Shown here: piece by piece, positions 46,406 through 54,899 of the stretch | How positions within the stretch are numbered: the first letter of the stretch is position 1 | How the letters are laid out: each line of letters starts with the position of its first letter | DNA from: Eggerthella sp. | GTDB lineage: Bacteria > Actinomycetota > Coriobacteriia > Coriobacteriales > Eggerthellaceae | Assembly: GCA_030540085.1 (NCBI GenBank) | Contig: JAUNWY010000004.1 | Location: 64,382 to 128,381, forward strand | Direction: 5' to 3' | DNA: 64,000 nt | The notes under the pieces: generated by a model | Told to the model about the DNA's origin: nothing | Seen by the model: the letters and a program-made list of their open reading frames with translations, nothing else | Database searches by the model: none | Program-made: the position numbers and the translations under genes

Positions 46406-47785
46406 CTAACGCTTCAGCTCAAGCGCCAAATCAACAACCTTATCGATATTGCGCTGGACGTGCTTTACCGCCAACTCTACGAATTCTTCCGTAAGGTCTT
46501 CGTTCTGCGAAAGGACTTCGCGAACTTCATCGGTGAAACCATCCAGCTTTTCAGGCTCGAACCAACTGAAATCTTCCACCAGCGCTAATTGACTATAGGG
46601 ATTCTCCCTAAATGGATGGCTATCGTAGAAATAGCGCTTGGCACGCAGCTGCGCCAGCGTTGCTCGGGCGAAAAACGCGCAACCCGAATCGTACAGAGGG
46701 GCGCAGCCCAACACTTGCAGTGATTCAACATCACGGATAAGCCCGAAATTGAACAAGTGCCTATCGTCGTTCGCCATAAGGTAGTCGCACACAATCATCT
46801 TATCGATGCTTTCGCGCAGGCTTCGCCCTGCCATTTCCGAAATATGGGCAACGTACGATTCATAAAGTCCTGCATTACGCAGACCGTAACAGCTAACCAC
46901 ATCGTTGGCAGGGATAAGCTCTTGCCCGCCGTCAAGCATATCGGGGCACAGTGAATAGGGTTTGCCATTCTCGAAAGACAATTCGTAAGGAACGAATTCT
47001 TCGGGCCCAAGCAAGCGCTCGAACAATTTGCTTGCCAAAAGCTCGCTGAACGGCTCGCGGTTCAATCCTGGCGTGGAACCCTTTACCAGCCATGGTTTTT
47101 CTTCACGCATCACCCAGCGCTTTTCCAGCATTCCGTTGGTGGTATTCGAGGGAGCGCGATCGGTACCACCGCTAGAAACGGCGCCCATAAGAGTTGCCCC
47201 TGAGCCATCGTCGAAGCTGTTATCGAAGTAGTTGATGTCCTTCCAGTTAAGCGGCAACGCTTTTCCCGTTTTCGAGTCCACCGGCTTGAACCAATATTGG
47301 TCGGAAAGGCTTAAGCCCAACGAAGAAAGAACCAGTTGGCTTACGTTAGCGAAGCCCGCTTCCTCCAACAGCGCTCCAACATGAGGGCGGGCTTCGGGGA
47401 TGGAGCGGTTCGCCATCCACTGCTGCAGGAAATCAGGATGGAGCTTGCCCGGAGAGCTGCATGCCCCCAGCGGGGCCCACGCAGAATCAGCCAAAGGCTC
47501 CAGTGAGACAACGCGTTCCCGCTTCTTGTTGAATTCGAAACGAGCGACCTCGTGGTTGCGGTTCATGAGGATGAAGGAACCTATAGCGTATGCATCACGC
47601 TCGCCATCCTTCGGGCGACCTCCCGAAACAGGTGCATTGGCACGCTGACGCGCGGAGTCCTCATCGATAAGCCAGGCACGTCCTACCCGCTGAGCTTTCA
47701 AATCGCCCGACTCAGCGAGCGCACGCACCCTTCGCGGGGAAATATTCAGCAACTTTGCAGCTTCAGCGGTAGAGAGCACGTCCAT
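46406..47785 (-). CDS. Excisionase-like HTH fused to HipA-like kinase domain
   Basis: LSTAEAAKLL..S.RRVR....G.L.A.RVGRAWLI (HTH_17-like); SLSDQYW, TNGMLEKRW, LVKG, EPFSE, DYLMANDDRHLFNFG, APLYDSG. Confidence 0.8.
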   Translation of the reverse strand: MDVLSTAEAAKLLNISPRRVRALAESGDLKAQRVGRAWLIDEDSARQRANAPVSGGRPKDGERDAYAIGSFILMNRNHEVARFEFNKKRERVVSLEPLADSAWAPLGACSSPGKLHPDFLQQWMANRSIPEARPHVGALLEEAGFANVSQLVLSSLGLSLSDQYWFKPVDSKTGKALPLNWKDINYFDNSFDDGSGATLMGAVSSGGTDRAPSNTTNGMLEKRWVMREEKPWLVKGSTPGLNREPFSELLASKLFERLLGPEEFVPYELSFENGKPYSLCPDMLDGGQELIPANDVVSCYGLRNAGLYESYVAHISEMAGRSLRESIDKMIVCDYLMANDDRHLFNFGLIRDVESLQVLGCAPLYDSGCAFFARATLAQLRAKRYFYDSHPFRENPYSQLALVEDFSWFEPEKLDGFTDEVREVLSQNEDLTEEFVELAVKHVQRNIDKVVDLALELKR

Positions 47786-47808
47786 TCATTTCGAGATATC
47801 TCACGAAT

Positions 47809-47876
47809 AACTATACCGTTATCGTAATAGTTTTATCGGAATAGTTTTTGAAAACTATTCCGATAACGGTATAGTT
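47809..47876. promoter_or_regulatory. Nested inverted-repeat operator array upstream of HTH-HipA gene
   Basis: AACTATACCGTTATCGTAATAGTTTT (47809-47834) and inverted copy AAAACTATTCCGATAACGGTATAGTT (47851-47876), one mismatch; partial third copy between them. Confidence 0.7.
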
Positions 47877-47928
47877 TTCGCTTTCAGAGCCCCTCCCCAA
47901 TCCAAATAAAAGCGGCATCCTATTGGAT

Positions 47929-47960
47929 AACACGTTCTAGAACATGTTTTAGAACGTGTT
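47929..47960. promoter_or_regulatory. 32-bp palindrome made of three AACnnGTT units at 12-bp period
   Basis: AACACGTTCTAGAACATGTTTTAGAACGTGTT, one mismatch from a perfect palindrome. Confidence 0.6.
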
Positions 47961-48134
47961 CATACGTTCTACCTGCGGATATTCCGTTTGATTATATCTT
48001 TCAAATAATCAGTAAATGTTATGAGTTGTAGACAAACCTACAAGCGGCAATGATGGATTCAAGGGAAGGGGCTGAAAGGCATGGGGATGCCTGATCCTTC
48101 CCTTCTTGAAAACCGATTCCATAGGAGGGGAACC

Positions 48135-49106
48135 ATGGAAACCTACAACCCGAATTTCGCACTGCTCGACTCTCAAAACGAATTCTTCTCGGAAGAAAAC
48201 TACAACGTGTCCGACACGGCATGGGAGCTGCTGCACGGCGCAATCGACACGCATGTCCACGCCAATCCTACGCGCGATGACGAATTCGCCCTCGACGATT
48301 TTGAGCTGGTTCGCGAATACGAAGACGCCGGCCTGGATGGCGTAGTGATCAAATGCCACCAATTCGGCAGTTTTTTCCGTTCAAAGATTGCCCAAAAGTA
48401 TGCCGTTAAGGGAGACAAGTTCAAGGTCTACGGCTCTATCTGCTTGAATTACGAGGTAGGCGGCCTGAACCCCGTAGCCGTTGAGGCAGCAATCATGGGT
48501 GGCGCCAAGACGGTATTCATGCCAACCCTGGAATCCCAGAATGGCTTCCAGATCTGGGACAGCTCCATTCCCTACCAGCATTTCGCAACCGAAATCTGCG
48601 GTCAGCCCATGAAGACGCTCGAGGGGAAGCCTGGCATAACCGTACTCGACGAAGAGGGCAATCTGAAGCCTGAGGTGTACGAGATTTTGGAGCTTATCCG
48701 CGATGCGGACGTATGCCTCTCCTCCGGACATATTGATAACCGCGAAGGACTAAAGCTCTATCGAGCCGCCCACGAAATGGGCATCCGCAAGATGGTATAC
48801 CAGCACATCGATTGGCGTACCTCTGAAATGAGCATCGCGATGCAGCGCGAAATGGCTCGCCTAGGCGTGAAGATGGAGAAATCGTTCTACGAGTTCGATC
48901 GCGATCGCTCCTTGCGTTCCTTCATGAAGGAAGCTAGCACTAAACCCTCCGATTACGTTATGAGCTCAGACCAGGGTATGTTCCCCGCACTGCGCGCGCT
49001 CCGTGGTTATGCCTGCAACGTACAAGAGCATTTGAACGGCGGCGTACCCGCTGAGGATCTGAAAGTTATGCTGCAGGACGTTCCCCACTTCCTGATGGAG
49101 GGATAA
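48135..49106 (+). CDS. Amidohydrolase-superfamily metalloprotein (DUF6282-like)
   Basis: GAIDTHVHANP, VVIKCH, GSICLN..VGGLNP.AV, VFMPT, SSGH, SSDQG; RBS AGGAGGGG before ATG 48135. Confidence 0.75.
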   Translation: METYNPNFALLDSQNEFFSEENYNVSDTAWELLHGAIDTHVHANPTRDDEFALDDFELVREYEDAGLDGVVIKCHQFGSFFRSKIAQKYAVKGDKFKVYGSICLNYEVGGLNPVAVEAAIMGGAKTVFMPTLESQNGFQIWDSSIPYQHFATEICGQPMKTLEGKPGITVLDEEGNLKPEVYEILELIRDADVCLSSGHIDNREGLKLYRAAHEMGIRKMVYQHIDWRTSEMSIAMQREMARLGVKMEKSFYEFDRDRSLRSFMKEASTKPSDYVMSSDQGMFPALRALRGYACNVQEHLNGGVPAEDLKVMLQDVPHFLMEG

Positions 49107-49108
49107 TC

Positions 49109-49744
49109 ATGGCAACCATGCAAGAAGTCGAAGAGACCTATAAAAAGACCGGCTGGGGCCAGCCCCTCGCCGTTCCGGCAACCGTATTCACTATTTTTTC
49201 GTTCATCTGCTTCGCCCAGGGCACTGGGCTTGCAGCAGGAGATGCAACCACCAACCTTTCGTTTGGCATTGTTCAGGTAATTCTGTTCATCGGGTTCTTC
49301 TTTGGCGCTGCAATTCTGATTAAGCGCAACATGTACATCCCTGGCCAAACGATGATGATCTTCGCCATTGCCTTCGGCGGCGTTGGCGGTGCCAGCAACA
49401 TCATGGCGTACTTGGCAGCTCAAGGAGTTATCGCCTATGACGGCTTCGTGTTCGGCATCGTAAACATGGTTATCGGCGTGCTGCTCATCATCGAGCTCCC
49501 TGCTTACTTCCACGGCACCCTGGTCGATTGGGCAACAAGCTTTCTCCCCGCCATCGGTCTTATCCTGTATGGAGTAACTGGCATGGGGCTATGCCCCGCT
49601 GAAATGGTGAGCGACCTGATCTTCGTTGCGGCAGTCGCCTTCGGTCTGTGCGGCATCGGCGGGCTCTTCACCATGGCAAGCGCCGTGCTCGAGGGCATCT
49701 GCAACGTGCCCATGGGGCCAGTACTGTTCAAGCCCAAGAACTAG
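49109..49744 (+). CDS. Six-TM membrane protein, possibly SatP/GPR1-FUN34-YaaH or UreI-like channel
   Basis: Six hydrophobic helices, N-terminal WGQP motif, C-terminal PMGP; starts 2 nt after the amidohydrolase stop. Confidence 0.6.
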   Translation: MATMQEVEETYKKTGWGQPLAVPATVFTIFSFICFAQGTGLAAGDATTNLSFGIVQVILFIGFFFGAAILIKRNMYIPGQTMMIFAIAFGGVGGASNIMAYLAAQGVIAYDGFVFGIVNMVIGVLLIIELPAYFHGTLVDWATSFLPAIGLILYGVTGMGLCPAEMVSDLIFVAAVAFGLCGIGGLFTMASAVLEGICNVPMGPVLFKPKN

Positions 49745-49773
49745 ATGCAAAAACAGACCCCTCTTCTATGACA

Positions 49774-49826
49774 TCCCATCCGCTGCTTAGAACTCCCCTC
49801 CTCTTCGGCAGCGGATGGGACCTTTT
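49774..49826 (+). terminator. Putative terminator after amidohydrolase/channel operon
   Basis: TCCCATCCGCTGC/GCAGCGGATGGGA then CCTTTTGTTT. Confidence 0.6.
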
Positions 49827-49905
49827 GTTTGTGCTAGACTTCTACTGTATCTATCAGGCGTTTTAACCGTTTGGACACTTTGTTTGCGGGAGGGGCAACA
49901 TAAAA

Positions 49906-50862
49906 GTGAACATCGACCATTTGCGTTATTTTCAAAAACTCGCAGAAACGGGTCATTTCAGTAAGGCAGCCAAAGAGCTTTGCATCACGCAGCCCGCACT
50001 TTCAAATTCGATTCGCAAAATGGAAAAGAGCCTTGGATTCACGCTTTTCAAAAGCACCAATGAAGCGAATCGTAGCGTAGAGCTCACCGTGTACGGAGCA
50101 GAGTTCGCCCGCCATATCAATGTAGCGCTCAAAGAAATCGACGAAGCCATGAATGTCGCCGGGCCCCGCGCTCTGGAGAATGCACCGGTTATCCGCCTGG
50201 GCAGCGTAGCATCAGTGCGTCGTTCCTTTCTGCCGAAGCTTCTTTCAAACTTCGTAACCGCCCATGGCAGCATTGTCAATTTTGATTTGGTGGAAGAATG
50301 CAGCACCTTCAACTGCTCAAAAGCAGTATTGGAGGGAAGGATCGGCATGGCGATCTGCGGGCAGCTGCCCGATGAAGAGGAACTTGAATTCATCCCCGTC
50401 CTCTTCCAGAACGCAGTGGTGGTAGCAAACCCCAATATGCCCTTGGCCAGCCAAAAGTCCATTTCGCTAACCGATTTGAAGAACTACCCCATTGTTTCAT
50501 ATCGCGACAGCGCTTTAATCTACTACCCCTTCAAAGAGCTTTCAAAGCAATATGGCTTCAAGTGCTACCAAGCATTCGAAGATGAGGTAAACGGAGCCGT
50601 GCAGGTACTGGCCGACATGCGCCTGGTGGCACTGATGCTCGATACCATCGAGGGAGACATCCGCAATCAAGTAAGCGTTCTCCCTATCTCCGAGCTAAAA
50701 GACCCGTTTCATGCGGTTGGTCTGGTCTATCGCAAAGATAAACAATTCACGCCTACCGAAACGGCATTTTTAGACTACGTAACCAGCCGCGCTGCCGAGC
50801 TGAAGCGCATCGCGCCCATCGAAGACTCGTATTTGCCAAAAGAGCAAACAGCGGCACGCTAG
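49906..50862 (+). CDS. LysR family transcriptional regulator
   Basis: MNIDHLRYF..LAETGHFSKAAKELCITQPALS HTH plus substrate-binding domain. Confidence 0.9.
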   Translation: MNIDHLRYFQKLAETGHFSKAAKELCITQPALSNSIRKMEKSLGFTLFKSTNEANRSVELTVYGAEFARHINVALKEIDEAMNVAGPRALENAPVIRLGSVASVRRSFLPKLLSNFVTAHGSIVNFDLVEECSTFNCSKAVLEGRIGMAICGQLPDEEELEFIPVLFQNAVVVANPNMPLASQKSISLTDLKNYPIVSYRDSALIYYPFKELSKQYGFKCYQAFEDEVNGAVQVLADMRLVALMLDTIEGDIRNQVSVLPISELKDPFHAVGLVYRKDKQFTPTETAFLDYVTSRAAELKRIAPIEDSYLPKEQTAAR

Positions 50863-50902
50863 GCGAAATACCGCGGAAGATACTCGCCCCAACGCAGGAT
50901 GT

Positions 50903-50943
50903 AACAAAATCGCCTTGATGCCAATCATCAAGGCGATTTTGTT
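50903..50943. terminator. Bidirectional terminator between LysR and MarR genes
   Basis: Perfect 18-bp stem AACAAAATCGCCTTGATG/CATCAAGGCGATTTTGTT. Confidence 0.85.
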
Positions 50944-51014
50944 TCCGGTTCGTATGCACTGATGGCGCGATTGCGCACTCTTCGAATCGTATCTGAATTC
51001 GATCCCAGCTTCGC

Positions 51015-51608
51015 TTATGCAATTCCTGCTCGTTTGCGCACATCGGAAGGAGATTCCGGTTCGTATGCAGGAGTTCCCTGAACCTTGCGCAACAGCAGAT
51101 AGAGCTGCATCTTTTCGCCCTCGGTGAGATTGCCGAATAATTCTTCGGCGCGCTTTTCGAGAGCTTCTTCTTGCTCGGAGAACATCTGCTTGCCCGCCTC
51201 GGTAAGCATAACCACGTCGTTGTCTTTCCCATCAACGGTGTCAACAACGCGTTTTACCAAGCCCTCTTTTTCCATGCCATCAAGCAATTCAGGAAAAGCC
51301 ACGTACTCGCTATCGCGACGCAAGGTTTCGTAGCTCATCATTTCCCAAATGCCCAACTGGCGAATAACGAACACTTTGCCCAGATCGAATGCGCGCTTGT
51401 CAAAGGCAGCCTCGGAAAGAACGCGCTGCTCAAGGGGCAGGGTACGAAGCCCTCGTTCCATAATGGCGCGCAGATATTGAGCATCGCGCTTGCCGGGCTT
51501 TTCGCAATCGGAAACCGAAGTGCCTTCCTTTGCATTCGCGCTGGTGATTACAACGGTTTTGGCAAATCGAAGCATTTGCCCCATAAGTTTCTTGTCAACG
51601 GTGCTCAC
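51015..51608 (-). CDS. Divergent MarR-like winged-helix protein
   Basis: LLDGMEKEGLVKR..D.K..V.LTEAG..LF.NLTEGEK..L..LL.K; GTG start after GGGGGA. Confidence 0.7.
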   Translation of the reverse strand: MSTVDKKLMGQMLRFAKTVVITSANAKEGTSVSDCEKPGKRDAQYLRAIMERGLRTLPLEQRVLSEAAFDKRAFDLGKVFVIRQLGIWEMMSYETLRRDSEYVAFPELLDGMEKEGLVKRVVDTVDGKDNDVVMLTEAGKQMFSEQEEALEKRAEELFGNLTEGEKMQLYLLLRKVQGTPAYEPESPSDVRKRAGIA

Positions 51609-52210
51609 GGTTATTCCCCCTTGGCAATAGACGAGCAAGGTTCGCTCGCTTGTATTCGGTCGCCCACCTTATAACCATCAGTATGACGCTCTGCCAGCAT
51701 CCTTCCGCAAGCCCAGACGGTTCGGTTACCTGCATGAAAGCATCCTGTTGTTCAAGCCTTCAAAAACCCAACACTTTGTTGGAAACGTTTAACAACATCC
51801 GCCAAAGCAATGGCTTTCAATCGCAAAAAAGTTGGCAAAAGGCCCAAATAGAGGTGCGGCACTGGTGATCCACATAATCTCCATATTCTCCCACCTGGGG
51901 TTTTAAGTTGGCTACCAGTTAGACTTAATAAACAATCAACTCGTTTCTGTTGCCTATCTAACGCTTATCCATTCAAAGTGGCGTTTAAACCATTCCATTA
52001 AAAAATATTTATTGACCTGGGTATTTCCATTTCGCACTCACGATTGACCCCGCAAAAAACCACACACTACCCTTAAGAAAGGACATAAGCAAAACGGCTG
52101 GCAGCGTACCGAATCGCTTCTTACGCGATGGAAATACCCGTTTAAAGATATTGACAGTCAGCGATCCAAGCTATCTCGATGCAGCCGGCGCAATCAGAAA
52201 GGCATTTCCC

Positions 52211-54355
52211 ATGCAACAGATAGACCGAGCCCGCTTCGTTTCGCACCGCGCAGCGATACTCATCGCCGCAGGAGCCCTGTCCCTCACGCTCGCCCCGGGC
52301 ATCGCGCTCGCGGACACCGTCGGCGCCGATGGCCAGCCTGGCGCCGCCCAGGAGCAGATCAGCGACCAAGCTTCTAATAAAGCAGCTGGCAGCGCCGCCT
52401 CAGTCGGCGTCGATGCCGAGGGCATCGAGAGCACTAGCCCCGGTGCGTCCAACGCCGAAGGCACAAACGGCGCCGTAGACGCCACTAACACAGAGGGTGC
52501 GAACACCGATGCAAGCACCGCCAAAGATCAGTCGGCAACAGGCGAAACTGCAACTCCAGAAAAGGCTTCGACCTCCCCACTCGGTGAAAGCGCAACAGTG
52601 CCCATCGCTAACGGCGTTGCAAAGATCGGGGAAACCGAATATGCGACCTTCGACGAAGCCATTGCTGCAGCTAAAAACGGTGAAACCATTGAACTTCTTG
52701 CCGATGCCACCTCTGGAGGCCTAAATCTCAGCAAAGATCTAACAATAAACGGTGGCGAAGCAAAGCATTCCTTGACCTTCAACGACAAGGGAATTGCATT
52801 ATGGGGCAAAGCGCTCATCTTCAAAAACATAAAAGTGATCATGAATGGCATCGGGTCCACGCCCTATACCGCTGAATGGAATTGGATGACAATCTGCGCT
52901 AGCAAAAATGCATCGCTCACATTAGACAATGCCTCGCTTTCTATGGACGGAACGGGCACGGCCTCAAAGACCCATGCGATCTATTTCTGCAGCAACAACA
53001 AGCTGAATATCAAAAACGGATCAAACCTCACCATCAAGAACTACCAGCAAGACGCCCTTGAATGGGATGGCGGTGACGGCGGCTACAATGTGAACATCTC
53101 GGACGGGTCAACATTCGTGTCTGACCATAATCGATCAGGGTTTACGGGAACGTTCTATGCAACCATCGACAACTCAACGGTAAAGGTACTGAACTCCGCA
53201 GGCAACGGTTCAAATGGGACGTACTACACCATCAAAAACGGCTCCGATGTCCTATTCGACAACAGTGGAACATGGGGCATCTCCGCATGGCGCATCGATA
53301 TGACTGGAAATTCAAAACTCAAAGCAACCAACAATGGTTATAGCGGCGTATGGACACGCGTACTCAATTTGGACTCCACCTGTTCCCTATATGTTGAGAA
53401 TAACGGGACAAAAGCAATTTCCGCAGGAACCAACCCAGGCATCGTTTTCCAGGGCAACGGGAAGATCAAGAGCGAGATCGCAAAGGGCGCCACTGTTGTT
53501 ATCCGCAATAATGCTGGCAGCGGCATCTACACCAAACAGAAAGCCTGCAACCTTACCATTGGATCAGCAACCATCACAAACAACGGCACAGGATCGGCCA
53601 ACAAAAGCGGCATTGGTGCTGAATATGGTGGAGGCATCTACAATGTCGGCACGATAAAGCTCGATCCCTCAGTACAGATCTATAACAATCACGCATCCAA
53701 AGCGGGCGATGACTTGTTCGGCTCGGATGAAAGCACAACCTCATTCGGCGACACAGGCTCCGATTGGGTACTCGACGATTGCGGAGATCAGATTGACGCC
53801 TGGTACAACGACCCTGAGAATAGCCGCTGGAACGCGCACCCAGAAAAGGGAAGAACCGCCTACGTTGTTTCAAGCACTTCAGGCGCATATGAAGGCCAGA
53901 TTGCGCTAAAGGCGGCTCATGGGCTCACCGTTGATTATCACTATGTCGGTGGATTCCCCGAAAATGCAGACAAACCAAAAGCAGAAACCGGACTTCAAAC
54001 CCTTCCCTACAACGCCGCTACGCAGGGAGCCGTACCAGGTTGGACGTTTGACGGCTGGTACACCGACGAAAACTGCACCATCAAATGGAACGACGGCGAT
54101 GCGCTTGCCGGCTCCATGACGCTCTTCGGCAAGTGGACCCAAGACCCCAAGGCCGATCCGAGCCCCGCGCCCGAAACCAGCCAGCCCGGCAACCAGCCCA
54201 CGGTTACCAAAGCCGCAGAATCGCAGCAGGCAGCCCCTTCCGAGCATCTTGCCAAAACCGGCGACGCCCTGCTGCCCTTCGGGTTTGCCGTTGCGGGCAT
54301 CGCCCTTATCGCGGGAGCAATAGCACTCATAAGCCGCAAGCTCCTGAAGCACTAA
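52211..54355 (+). CDS. Sortase-anchored cell-surface protein (beta-helix-like core, InlB B/Flg_new-like repeat, LAKTG motif)
   Basis: Signal peptide ending ALA-D; Y.TF.EAI.AA..GETI.LL.D; Asn/Gly-rich core; GWTFDGWYTD..L.GKW; LAKTG-TM-RK tail; RBS GAAAGG before ATG 52211. Confidence 0.85.
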   Translation: MQQIDRARFVSHRAAILIAAGALSLTLAPGIALADTVGADGQPGAAQEQISDQASNKAAGSAASVGVDAEGIESTSPGASNAEGTNGAVDATNTEGANTDASTAKDQSATGETATPEKASTSPLGESATVPIANGVAKIGETEYATFDEAIAAAKNGETIELLADATSGGLNLSKDLTINGGEAKHSLTFNDKGIALWGKALIFKNIKVIMNGIGSTPYTAEWNWMTICASKNASLTLDNASLSMDGTGTASKTHAIYFCSNNKLNIKNGSNLTIKNYQQDALEWDGGDGGYNVNISDGSTFVSDHNRSGFTGTFYATIDNSTVKVLNSAGNGSNGTYYTIKNGSDVLFDNSGTWGISAWRIDMTGNSKLKATNNGYSGVWTRVLNLDSTCSLYVENNGTKAISAGTNPGIVFQGNGKIKSEIAKGATVVIRNNAGSGIYTKQKACNLTIGSATITNNGTGSANKSGIGAEYGGGIYNVGTIKLDPSVQIYNNHASKAGDDLFGSDESTTSFGDTGSDWVLDDCGDQIDAWYNDPENSRWNAHPEKGRTAYVVSSTSGAYEGQIALKAAHGLTVDYHYVGGFPENADKPKAETGLQTLPYNAATQGAVPGWTFDGWYTDENCTIKWNDGDALAGSMTLFGKWTQDPKADPSPAPETSQPGNQPTVTKAAESQQAAPSEHLAKTGDALLPFGFAVAGIALIAGAIALISRKLLKH

Positions 54356-54381
54356 CATCAGGAACAGCCAACCCATCAAGC

Positions 54382-54412
54382 AAAAAGGCGACTCTAAACG
54401 AGTCGCCTTTTT
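54382..54412. terminator. Bidirectional terminator
   Basis: AAAAAGGCGACTC/GAGTCGCCTTTTT. Confidence 0.85.
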
Positions 54413-54754
54413 CTATAAGAAGGTAACCCTCTGGCTTTTATCCATGTAATGAGGGTGGTTCTTCACGAAGCGCCAGCGGCAGATGCGGGTAATAACAAGG
54501 GCCAACACCGCAACCACCAAGAACGAAACCGTAAGCTCCAATACCGGCTGATTGCCCTCGAAGAACGCATACGCAGTGGCCAAAAGGAAGAAAATCGAAA
54601 GAATCGAATTGAACACGGTGAAAAACTTGATGAGCACTTCCTTTGCGCGCTCAGGCGAACGAGCCCACGACACCACAAAATAGATGACCAGGGCCAGAAT
54701 GACCAGCACTATGACAAGCGGTAACGACTGAAGAAGTCGGGCAACAAGAGCCAT
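54413..54754 (-). CDS. Hypothetical three-TM membrane protein
   Basis: Three hydrophobic helices; RBS AAAGGAA. Confidence 0.75.
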   Translation of the reverse strand: MALVARLLQSLPLVIVLVILALVIYFVVSWARSPERAKEVLIKFFTVFNSILSIFFLLATAYAFFEGNQPVLELTVSFLVVAVLALVITRICRWRFVKNHPHYMDKSQRVTFL

Positions 54755-54899
54755 GGGGTGTTCCTTTCTTTAGAACTACCATCATACCCTTTTCCACATG
54801 TCGCAAGTGCCGATGTAAGGGAAATGAAAGCCGTAAAAGCCCAATCAGGCAATAAAGACGAACCAGCACCACAATTATGCCTTCGTTGCCTGATGCTTA

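Noticed and set aside
46406-47785. Prophage/ICE excisionase indicating a mobile element
   Set aside because: No integrase, tRNA target or phage genes nearby; the HTH is fused to a kinase domain.
47929-47960. LexA/SOS box
   Set aside because: Half-sites are GAAC-N2-GTT rather than the GAAC-N4-GTTC of Gram-positive SOS boxes.
52070-52210. Cyclic-dinucleotide riboswitch upstream of the surface protein
   Set aside because: A CGGCTG/CAGCCG pairing exists, but the conserved c-di-GMP-I/II and c-di-AMP motifs are not seen.
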